DNA of 64,000 bases. It comes from an uncultured delta proteobacterium (GTDB lineage: Bacteria > Desulfobacterota > Binatia > Binatales > Binataceae). The translations under genes and the position numbers were made by a program. This document shows, in pieces, positions 56,426 to 64,000 of the stretch. The stretch lies in NCBI GenBank assembly GCA_963794325.1, contig CAWCDG010000002.1:608001-672000 (forward strand). Reading direction: 5' to 3'. The notes under the pieces are model-generated. The model saw only the letters and a list, made by a program, of their open reading frames with translations. It did not search any database and had not been told where the DNA came from. Numbering within the stretch: position 1 is the first letter of the stretch; every line of letters begins with the position of its first letter.

Positions 56426-57370
56426 ATGAAGCTGGCGTTTCTTTTCCCAGGCCAGGGATCGCAACGCGTCGGGATGGGCAAGGAGCTCGCCGACAACTTC
56501 CCGGTCGCGCGCGAGACGTTCAGGGAAGCCGACGAAGCACTTGGATTTTCATTATCGAAGCTATGTTTCGAAGGTCCCGAAGACGAACTTCGCCTGACCG
56601 CCAATACGCAACCCGCGATCGTGACGGCCTCAATCGCCGCGCTGCGGGTTTATCGCGAGAAAATCGGCGGAGAGCCGGAAATCGCGGCGGGTCACAGCCT
56701 CGGTGAATACAGCGCGCTGGTCGCGGCCGGCGCTCTTGAGTTTGCCGACGCGGTGCGGGCAGTTCGCGAGCGTGGACGCCTGATGCAGGAAGCGGTCCCG
56801 CAAGGGCAGGGCGCGATGGCGGCGCTGATCGGGCTCGACTTGCCGCAAGTGCAGGAGATTTGCGCGGAAGTCACGGGCGACGGCCAGCTTGCGGTGCCGG
56901 CGAATCTCAATGCGCCCGGCCAAATCGTTATCGCCGGACATGCTGCTCCGGTCCGGCGCGCGCTCGAGATCGCAAAAGAGCGGGGCGCCTCGATGTCGGT
57001 CGAGTTGAAGGTGAGCGCGCCGTTTCATTGCCCACTGATGCAGCCGGCGCGCACTGGAATGGAACCGATGTTACGCGCGCTCACAGTTGGAGAGTTCCGG
57101 TTCGGCGTGATTGCGAACGTCACGGCGGAAGTCAATCGCGATCCCGCTCGGGTGGTGCCGCTGCTGCTCGAACAGATAACCTCGCCGGTGCGATGGGAAG
57201 AATCGATGGGCGTGGTCGCGCGCAGCGGGGTTACGGAAGCGATCGAATTCGGCTGTGGCCGCGTGCTGATGGGCCTGATGCGCCGGATGTACCGAACAAT
57301 CCGCGTGCGGCCGCTCGAGGACCTCGCGTCGCTGAAGGCGGTATCGGAGCCGGCCGCCGCCAAAGGTTAG
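56426..57370 (+). CDS. fabD: Malonyl-CoA-ACP transacylase
   Basis: FPGQGSQ, GHSLGEY, VSAPFH. Confidence 0.97.
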   Translation: MKLAFLFPGQGSQRVGMGKELADNFPVARETFREADEALGFSLSKLCFEGPEDELRLTANTQPAIVTASIAALRVYREKIGGEPEIAAGHSLGEYSALVAAGALEFADAVRAVRERGRLMQEAVPQGQGAMAALIGLDLPQVQEICAEVTGDGQLAVPANLNAPGQIVIAGHAAPVRRALEIAKERGASMSVELKVSAPFHCPLMQPARTGMEPMLRALTVGEFRFGVIANVTAEVNRDPARVVPLLLEQITSPVRWEESMGVVARSGVTEAIEFGCGRVLMGLMRRMYRTIRVRPLEDLASLKAVSEPAAAKG

Positions 57371-57404
57371 GATTGATGATGGGATACTGGTCCAGAGAAG
57401 AGGC

Positions 57405-57480
57405 AGAATCTTGAATCGCGCAAAAGAGCGCGCTGCATAAGGTCCCTCTCCTTAAATCCTCTCCCGATGGGAGAGGGGAA
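57405..57480 (-). repeat. REP-like family D
   Basis: GAATCTTGAATCGCGC..AAGGTCCCTCTCCTTAAATCCTCTCCCGATGGGAGAG, as at 7599-7672. Confidence 0.85.
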
Positions 57481-57636
57481 GAACTTGCGTCCGCTCCTTT
57501 CAGTCCTTATGATCCCCTGATAATTTAATCCCGACCCTCTCGCCGGTTACCTCTGGTCTGCGCGGCAGTGGGATAATGTTAGAATATTGATTGGCGGCCA
57601 AATTACGATCCCGCTGCCAGGAGGAACTAGAGCACG

Positions 57637-57876
57637 ATGGCTCAAGACATCGAAACCAAAGTTCGCGAGAAAATAAGCGAACAGCTGGGTGTGGCCGCTG
57701 ACGAAGTAACTCCGGAGGCCTCGTTCATCGAGGACCTCGGCGCGGACTCGCTCGATATCGTCGAGCTGGTAATGGCGCTGGAAGAGGAGTTCAACATCGA
57801 AATCTCTGACGAAGACGCCGAGAAAATCCGAACCGTCAAAGACGTCGTCACCTACATCGAGGCTCACAAGAGCTGA
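57637..57876 (+). CDS. acpP: Acyl carrier protein
   Basis: [20 protein letters not shown]. Confidence 0.98.
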   Translation: MAQDIETKVREKISEQLGVAADEVTPEASFIEDLGADSLDIVELVMALEEEFNIEISDEDAEKIRTVKDVVTYIEAHKS

Positions 57877-57953
57877 AGCTCCGCGGCGCAAAACTCGTTC
57901 GTTACAAGTCGGCGGGGCCGCGGCGAATCGCCGGATGGACCCGGGGTTAGTCC

Positions 57954-58460
57954 ATGCGGTGCCCCTTCTGCCGCCATCGGGGAAATCGCGTCATCGATTC
58001 GAGGCTCGCGAACGACGGCATGTTGATTCGGCGTCGTCGCGCGTGCTCGGGATGCAAGCGGCGCTTCACGACCTACGAACGAGTCGAAGAGGCGGCGCCG
58101 ATGGTGGTCAAGAAAGACGGACGCCGGGAGCCGTTCGATCGCGCCAAGATAGTCGCGGGCTTGAAGCGCGCGTGCGAGAAGCGGCCGGTCTCGATGGAAA
58201 CGATCGAGCAACTGGCCAACAACATCGAGACTGCGATGACCGAACAGAGCGATCGCGAGGTGGCGAGCAGCGTGGTCGGCGCGGCGGTGATGAACGAGCT
58301 GCACAAAATCGACCAGGTCGCGTACGTGCGCTTCGCGTCGGTCTATCGCCAATTCAAGGATATCGACGAGTTCATGCACGAGCTCGAAGACCTCATCAAT
58401 CAACGCAAGCAAGCTCCCGCGCATCGCGCCGGTGAAAAGAAAGGCAACGGCGCCGCCTGA
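57954..58460 (+). CDS. nrdR: Transcriptional repressor NrdR
   Basis: MRCPFC, IRRRRAC, RFTTYE, ATP-cone, [10 protein letters not shown]. Confidence 0.98.
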   Translation: MRCPFCRHRGNRVIDSRLANDGMLIRRRRACSGCKRRFTTYERVEEAAPMVVKKDGRREPFDRAKIVAGLKRACEKRPVSMETIEQLANNIETAMTEQSDREVASSVVGAAVMNELHKIDQVAYVRFASVYRQFKDIDEFMHELEDLINQRKQAPAHRAGEKKGNGAA

Positions 58461-59571
58461 TTCGGCTGCGATTCGGGACGAGCGCTTCATGCGCGACGCG
58501 CTCGCGCTCGCACAAGAACAGCTCGGGCTGACCACTCCAAATCCGTCCGTAGGATGCGTGATCGTGCGCGGCGAAAAAGTCGTCGGGCGCGGCGTCACCG
58601 GCGTGGGCGGGCGTCCGCACGGCGAGACGGTGGCAATCGCGGAGGCGGGCGCGCTCGCGCGCGGCGCGACCGCGTACGTATCGTTCGAGCCATGCGCACA
58701 TTTCGGGCAGACGCCGCCGTGCGCGAACGCGCTGGTCGCGGTGGGCGTCAAGCGCGTCGTCGTGGGATGCGTCGATCCGGACCCGCGCGTCAGCGGTCGA
58801 GGAATCGCAATCCTGAAGCGCGCGAAGACAGTCGTCACGGCCGGAGTGCTCGAAGAAGAGTCTTTGCGGCTCAATGAAGGGTTCATTACGCGGCTGCGAC
58901 AGGGACGCCCGATGAACACCCTCAAGCTTGCGATGTCGATGGACGGGCGAATCGCCGCGAGCAGCGGCGATTCGCGATGGATCAGTTCGCGCGAATCGCG
59001 CGAACTGGTCCATCGATGGCGTCGCGAATGCGACGCCATCATGGTCGGTGCGGGCACGGTGATCGCCGACAATCCACGACTGACGTGCAGAATCGCGGGC
59101 GGACGCGATCCGGCGCGCGTCGTCGTCGACGCGCGCCTGCGCTCCTCGCCGAGCGCACTCGTATATCGTCAGCGCTCGAAGGCCCCAACTATCTTGGTCA
59201 CGACGCCTGCGAATCTCGCTCGCGCGCGAGCGAGATATGAGCGTCGCGGTGTCGAGGTGATCTCGGTCGCGACTCATAGCGGAATCATCGAGCTGGATCG
59301 CTTGATGCTCGAGTTTGGGCATCGCGGATGGTGCCGTGTTTTAATCGAAGGCGGTGCAAATCTCGCCGGCTCCGCACTCAGTGCCGGAATCGTCGATCGG
59401 GTGGCATTCTTCGTCGCGCCCAAACTCCTTGGTGCGGGCCTCTCCGCGATCGAGGGAATGAAATCGCGCAGCGTGCGCGATTCCGTCCAACTTGAGGATC
59501 TTTCGGCGCGTCAAGTCGGCGACGACTGGCTGTTCGAGGGTCGGGTGCGCCGGACAGGAAGAAAATGTTAA
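58432..59571 (+). CDS. ribD: Bifunctional pyrimidine deaminase/reductase RibD
   Basis: PNPSVG, HGE, EPCAH..TPPC, SRWIS, DNPRL, IEGG. Confidence 0.96.
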   Translation: MKRKATAPPDSAAIRDERFMRDALALAQEQLGLTTPNPSVGCVIVRGEKVVGRGVTGVGGRPHGETVAIAEAGALARGATAYVSFEPCAHFGQTPPCANALVAVGVKRVVVGCVDPDPRVSGRGIAILKRAKTVVTAGVLEEESLRLNEGFITRLRQGRPMNTLKLAMSMDGRIAASSGDSRWISSRESRELVHRWRRECDAIMVGAGTVIADNPRLTCRIAGGRDPARVVVDARLRSSPSALVYRQRSKAPTILVTTPANLARARARYERRGVEVISVATHSGIIELDRLMLEFGHRGWCRVLIEGGANLAGSALSAGIVDRVAFFVAPKLLGAGLSAIEGMKSRSVRDSVQLEDLSARQVGDDWLFEGRVRRTGRKC

Positions 59572-59660
59572 CTCAATCTTCAACCCAAGAGCTGATTCAC
59601 TGAATAGACTGGTTAGGTTCTCCAGCCGGTGATAATATCGCCATCATTGAATTGAATCAG

Positions 59661-60872
59661 ATGAAACCGGCCTCTCTAGAAGAAATTTTCTCCACGCTGC
59701 GCGACGGAAAGATGGTCGTGATGGTCGCGGAGGAGCGCGAGGACGCCGAGGGCGACCTCGTGATGGCGGCCGAGAAGATCACCCCAGTCGATATCAATTT
59801 CATGGCGCGCGAGGCCTGCGGCGTCATTTCGGTCGCGATTCCCGAGAAGCGTTTCCGCGCACTTGGCATTCCGCTCCAGCCTTCGACCGACAACGGCGAT
59901 TCCAACGAACAGGCCGGCGTGCTGATCGACGCTCGCGAGGGCGCCACCACCGGCATCTCGGCGAGCGATCGTGCACGCGTGATTTCGGTAGTCGCATTCG
60001 ACGAGTCGCGTCACGACGATATCGTTATGCCGGGACACATCCTGCCCTTGATGGCGCTGAGCGGCGGCGTGATGGTGCGAATAGGGCGCGCCGAGGGCGC
60101 GGTCGACCTGGTTCGCTCTGCGGGAATGGGTTCGGTCGCGGCGTTGTGCACGATACTGCGCGAGGACGGCGAAGCCGCGCGGCTCAAGGAACTTCGAGAA
60201 TTCGCGACGAAGCATTCGATCCCAATCGTTTACGTCAAGGAACTCGTCTCGCATCGCCTGACGAATGAAGTCCTGGTCCAGCGGGTTTCCGAGCAGCCGT
60301 TCCCGATCGAGGGCGGCATGCTGAATGCAGTCGTCTTCCGCAACGTCGTTGACGGCCGCGAGCATCTCGCGCTTATCAAGGGTCAGGTCGGCGGTGGACG
60401 CTCGGCGCTGGTGCGGCTCCATTCGGAATGTCTCACTGGCGACGTGTTTGCGTCCGCGCGATGCGATTGCGGCGAGCAGTTGCAGGAGGCGCTCGATCGA
60501 ATCATGGCGGCGGAGCGCGGCGTGGTGATTTATCTCCATCAGGAGGGCCGCGGTATCGGGCTCGGCAACAAGATTCGCGCGTACGCGCTCCAGGACAATG
60601 GGATGGACACGGTCGAAGCGAATTTGCATCTCGGCTTCGAGGAGGACCTGCGCGATTACGGAATCGGCGCGCAGATTTTGCGCGACCTCGGCGTCGGCGA
60701 GGTGCAGTTGCTCACCAACAATCCGCACAAAATTGACAGCCTGCGCCGTTACGGGGTGAATGTCTCTCGCGTGCCGATCGAAGTCGTGCCGCACGCCGGA
60801 AATATCGGGTACTTGAAAACCAAAAAGGAAAAACTCGGCCATCTTTTTTCGGAGCTGAAACTGATCACATGA
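59661..60872 (+). CDS. ribBA: RibBA fusion: degenerate DHBP synthase domain + intact GTP cyclohydrolase II
   Basis: [22 protein letters not shown] and LLTNNP intact; RibB motifs altered (EDAEGD, RIGRAE, LCTIL). Confidence 0.92.
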   Translation: MKPASLEEIFSTLRDGKMVVMVAEEREDAEGDLVMAAEKITPVDINFMAREACGVISVAIPEKRFRALGIPLQPSTDNGDSNEQAGVLIDAREGATTGISASDRARVISVVAFDESRHDDIVMPGHILPLMALSGGVMVRIGRAEGAVDLVRSAGMGSVAALCTILREDGEAARLKELREFATKHSIPIVYVKELVSHRLTNEVLVQRVSEQPFPIEGGMLNAVVFRNVVDGREHLALIKGQVGGGRSALVRLHSECLTGDVFASARCDCGEQLQEALDRIMAAERGVVIYLHQEGRGIGLGNKIRAYALQDNGMDTVEANLHLGFEEDLRDYGIGAQILRDLGVGEVQLLTNNPHKIDSLRRYGVNVSRVPIEVVPHAGNIGYLKTKKEKLGHLFSELKLIT

Positions 60873-60927
60873 AAAAGTAAGCCGCTGCGCCGGCGCAGCG
60901 CGCGTTGCCAGCGACTGTGGAATTGCA

Positions 60928-61374
60928 ATGGGATTAAGACATCAGGGGCGCGAGCTTGCGCTCAAAGCCCTATACCGGATTGATATCTGCGGCGGCGCGA
61001 GCAGCGACGACCTGACCGCGCTGTTCGAAAGTTTTCCGGTCGAGGATGACGCGCGCAAGTTTGCCGTCCAGCTGATGGAAGGGGTGAGGCGCGAGCAGCC
61101 GGCGCTCGACAAGCATCTGGCGGACGCGCTGGAACACTGGTCGGTCAAGCGGCTGTCGCGCGTCGATCACAACGTCATGCGAATCGCGCTTTACGAATTG
61201 CTGCGGATGGAGGACATTCCAACGCGCGTTACGATCGACGAGGCAATCGAGCTGGCGAAGTGTTACGGCGACATCGAATCGGGACGCTTCGTCAATGGGG
61301 TGCTGGACGAAATTGCGGGACGGCTGGGGCTCAAGCAGAAGGGTGAGGATGTCACGTTATCCAAGGCCGAGTAG
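60928..61374 (+). CDS. nusB: Transcription antitermination factor NusB
   Basis: RELALKALY, WSVKRLSRVD, IDEAIELAK, FVNGVLD. Confidence 0.96.
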   Translation: MGLRHQGRELALKALYRIDICGGASSDDLTALFESFPVEDDARKFAVQLMEGVRREQPALDKHLADALEHWSVKRLSRVDHNVMRIALYELLRMEDIPTRVTIDEAIELAKCYGDIESGRFVNGVLDEIAGRLGLKQKGEDVTLSKAE

Positions 61375-61954
61375 GCGGATCGGCTTAATAATAGGCGCGG
61401 CGCTCTTTCTTTCCGGATGCGGCTATCACTTCGCGGCGTCGGGCGACGCGTTGCCGAGTGGCGCCAATACGATTTACGTTTCGCGATTCAGCAACAGCAC
61501 GCGCCTGACGGGCGTCAACGACGAGTTGATGCGCTACATCAAGGACGAAATCGCGTTGCATCGCAGACTCAAGGTCGTCGATAGTCCCGATGCGGCCGAT
61601 TTGGAATTGTCGGGGGATGTCAGATTTGTCAACCAGACGCCGTCGAACTTCAACTCGGCTCTCGAACCGACCCAATACAACCAGAGCATCGTTGTCTCGG
61701 CGTCGCTCAGAGATGTCCGCGCCAAGAAGACTATCTGGACTACGCGCAACGTCAGCGCCGGCGAGCATACGCCTATCGTGCCGCAAACCACCGTGGCGAC
61801 GACGCCAACTTTTCTGCAGCAGAATTTGCGCGCCAATGACATCGCAAATCTGACCGACATCCAGACTGCACAATCGGAAACCTCGGCCTACCGCGACGTG
61901 ATGATGCAGCGGGTCGCGCAAAACCTCTATAGTCAGATGGCCGAAGGCTTCTAG
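61349..61954 (+). CDS. lptE: LPS assembly lipoprotein LptE-like
   Basis: Lipobox LSGCGYHF, TIYV..FSN; directly upstream of holA. Confidence 0.8.
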   Translation: MSRYPRPSRRIGLIIGAALFLSGCGYHFAASGDALPSGANTIYVSRFSNSTRLTGVNDELMRYIKDEIALHRRLKVVDSPDAADLELSGDVRFVNQTPSNFNSALEPTQYNQSIVVSASLRDVRAKKTIWTTRNVSAGEHTPIVPQTTVATTPTFLQQNLRANDIANLTDIQTAQSETSAYRDVMMQRVAQNLYSQMAEGF

Positions 61955-61965
61955 CGAGTCTGCGC

Positions 61966-63039
61966 ATGCCGCTGGAAACCGCGCTGGCGTACATTCGAGG
62001 GGCGGGCGGAGATCCCGGAAAGCGAATCCCGCCGGTGGTCGTGATCTTCGGACCGCATGCGTTCCTGCGCGAATACGTTCTCGATTCGGTCGTTCGCAAG
62101 CTCATCGCTGACGGTTGCCAGTATCGAAGCTTTCAGATTGGCTCCGGTGACGACTATGGCGCCGCGCTGAACGAACTTAACGCCCCCGATTTGTTCGCAC
62201 CTCGGCGCGCGATCGCATGCCGAATCCTGAAGTCGCGGCGCGACAAGGCGGAGACTGCCAGCGATGCTGACGGCGGCGACACGCGTGGGTCGGGCGGCGG
62301 CGGCTCGGAGGCGGCGCTGGTCGCGGCTATCGAGGATGCGCGCGGCCCCGGCCATCTCATTTTGCTCTACGAAAAAGACAGTGCGCCCGCGAAAGTCCGC
62401 CGAGCGGCTGAAAAACCGGCGCTGCTCGTGAATTGCATGCGGCCGTTCGATAATCAGATCGAGCAGTACGTCAATGCGTTCGCGAATGCGCTGGGATTAA
62501 AACTGTTGCCAGCGGCGCTCGACCTGATCATTTCGCGCCATGGCGGAGATTTGGCGGCGGTCGCCAACACGCTCGGCAAAGTTACGATTTTCGCCGAGCC
62601 TGGCAAACTGGTGCAGCCGGGAGATTTGGATGAGGGCTCGCGCCGGATGCCGGAAGTCTTCGAGCTTGCCGAGAGCGTCGCTCGCGGCCGGGCCACGGCG
62701 GCGCTCGCGCAGTTGGGCCGCGCGCTCGCGCTCGGGCGCGAGGTCTTCGAGATTCTCGCGGTCGAGATCATCCCGATGATGCGCCGGATGATGATCGCGG
62801 CCTCGATGATGGCGTCGCGCAGAAGTCCCGGCGATGTCGCCGCTGCGCTTGGACTGCCGCCGCAAAGCGGACTGGCGACTCGCGCAATCGAAGGAGCGCG
62901 GCGCTTCGGATTGGCGCGCCTCGAGCGCGCTTACTGGCGCGCGTGCGCGATGGACGCGGGATTCAAGGACGGCACGATAAAAGGGCGCGAGGAAGCGCTC
63001 GCCGGACTGATCCTCGATCTGATGACGGCGCCCGACTAG
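61966..63039 (+). CDS. holA: DNA polymerase III delta subunit
   Basis: VIFGPHAFL, PDLFAPRR, VFELAE, DAGFK; lptE-holA-rpsT synteny. Confidence 0.8.
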   Translation: MPLETALAYIRGAGGDPGKRIPPVVVIFGPHAFLREYVLDSVVRKLIADGCQYRSFQIGSGDDYGAALNELNAPDLFAPRRAIACRILKSRRDKAETASDADGGDTRGSGGGGSEAALVAAIEDARGPGHLILLYEKDSAPAKVRRAAEKPALLVNCMRPFDNQIEQYVNAFANALGLKLLPAALDLIISRHGGDLAAVANTLGKVTIFAEPGKLVQPGDLDEGSRRMPEVFELAESVARGRATAALAQLGRALALGREVFEILAVEIIPMMRRMMIAASMMASRRSPGDVAAALGLPPQSGLATRAIEGARRFGLARLERAYWRACAMDAGFKDGTIKGREEALAGLILDLMTAPD

Positions 63040-63063
63040 GCAGCCATCATTCGAGCGGACGAC

Positions 63064-63348
63064 TTACGCTTTCTTGAATTTGCGATGCAGGCTGGCGGAC
63101 AGCCGCGCAACTTTGCGCCGCACCGTATTGCGATGTATCGTGCCGCTGCTGATCGCCTTGTACAGCACCTTGGTCGCCTGCTTGAGCGCTTCGCGCGCCG
63201 CGGCCTCGTCGCTGCTGGTGGCGATAGTTTCCGCGGCGGTCTTTGCTAACGTGCGGGCACGTGTGCGAACGACGCGGTTGCGCTCAGCGCGCTTAAGACT
63301 TTGCCGATGACGTTTCTCGGCCGACGGATGAACGGGAATATGAGGCAT
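63064..63348 (-). CDS. rpsT: 30S ribosomal protein S20
   Basis: SAEKRHRQSLKRAERNR, GTIHRNTVRRKVARL. Confidence 0.95.
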   Translation of the reverse strand: MPHIPVHPSAEKRHRQSLKRAERNRVVRTRARTLAKTAAETIATSSDEAAAREALKQATKVLYKAISSGTIHRNTVRRKVARLSASLHRKFKKA

Positions 63349-63418
63349 AACCAGTCATTTCTAACAGTGCGCGAGAGCGGGGGCAATACAGCGAAGATCG
63401 GTAGTGGTCCTGATTACA

Positions 63419-63543
63419 GTGGGGCGGGCCGCCGTGCCCGCGCCCTCTCCTTAATGTTGCGGCCACACCCCAGCGTCACTCATCGGTAAGCGTGGGCGCG
63501 GCGCCCGCGCGTCGATGGCGGGCACGGCGGCCCGCCCCACTAT
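63419..63543. repeat. REP doublet family F
   Basis: GTGGGGCGGGCCGCCGTGCCCGC and its inverted copy GCGGGCACGGCGGCCCGCCCCAC. Confidence 0.8.
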
Positions 63544-64000
63544 GAGCGCAGAGCGGCTTTTGCTTCTTTCCACAGAGCGTCGATTTCTGCAGGTGTCATC
63601 GCTTTGAGATCGAGGCCGCGCGAAGCTGCGATTCGTGCGACTTCGTCGAAACGCGCGACGAACTTGTCGCAGGCGGCGCGCAGGGTTGTCTCGGCATCCT
63701 TGTTGATGAAGCGCGGGGCGTTGGCGATTGCGAGCATCAGGTCGCCCAGTTCTTCGGCGGCGTGAGCGGTGTCGTTGCGATCGAGCGCCTGCTCGACTTC
63801 GTCGAGTTCTTCGCGAGCCTTCGCCAGCACCTCGCGGATGTTTGCCCAGTCCATGCCGGCGCGCCGCGCCTTTTCGCCGAGTTTCTCCGCGCGCATCATC
63901 GACGGCAGGCCGCGGCCGACGTGCGCGAGGCTCTTTGCGCTGTCGTCGTCCTCGTTCTTGCTCTCGCGTTCCTGCTGTTTGATCTTCTCCCAATTCTCGA
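63540..64000 (-). CDS. mazG: Nucleoside triphosphate pyrophosphohydrolase MazG, C-terminal part
   Basis: NWEKIK, LPSMMRAEKL, GMDW, EELDE, EELGDL, ALWKEAK. Confidence 0.93.
   Translation of the reverse strand, partial: ENWEKIKQQERESKNEDDDSAKSLAHVGRGLPSMMRAEKLGEKARRAGMDWANIREVLAKAREELDEVEQALDRNDTAHAAEELGDLMLAIANAPRFINKDAETTLRAACDKFVARFDEVARIAASRGLDLKAMTPAEIDALWKEAKAALRS

Noticed and set aside
59572-59660. FMN riboswitch or ribE remnant
   Set aside because: Too short and no RFN motifs; shows only promoter-like sequence
256-60842. Many long antisense or alternate-frame ORFs (e.g. 256-1329, 42823-43908, 48130-49434, 57864-59072, 59676-60842)
   Set aside because: Shadows of recognised genes, expected at high GC; no family motifs

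Overview
A 64 kb GC-rich bacterial chromosomal window. Gene content and synteny suggest a deltaproteobacteria-related lineage such as Binatia/Ca. Binatus (inference only). The backbone carries: acyl-CoA metabolism genes; a CP-ATP-grasp/alpha-E/transglutaminase operon preceded by an ABC exporter pair; a type II secretion cluster (gspE-F-G-H-I-J-K-L-M-N, no gspC/D); hisI-hisG; thrB-metF-folE; a parS-like site; vapBC; and a heavily pruned yceD-rpmF-plsX-fabD-acpP-nrdR-ribD-ribBA-nusB-lptE-holA/rpsT block. Intergenic regions hold at least six REP-like repeat families. The most notable observations are: (1) an IS110 (IS621-like) element whose bridge-RNA guides, CT core, junction promoter and REP target can all be read from the sequence; (2) this IS lies inside a 2.9 kb segment bounded by 19-bp inverted repeats, which carries a low-GC Schlafen/AlbA_2 gene and sits in the loop of a REP hairpin, with a short MITE-like sister at 16.5 kb; (3) a riboflavin operon lacking exactly the lumazine/riboflavin branch (degenerate RibB domain, no ribE/ribH) while RibA/RibD look intact, consistent with supply of the F420/Fo precursor; (4) a translationally coupled, membrane-only mini-GspF paralogue; (5) a cassette-accretion hotspot at 30.4-33 kb. 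No rRNA, tRNA or CRISPR array was seen. All calls are by-eye motif recognition without database searches.
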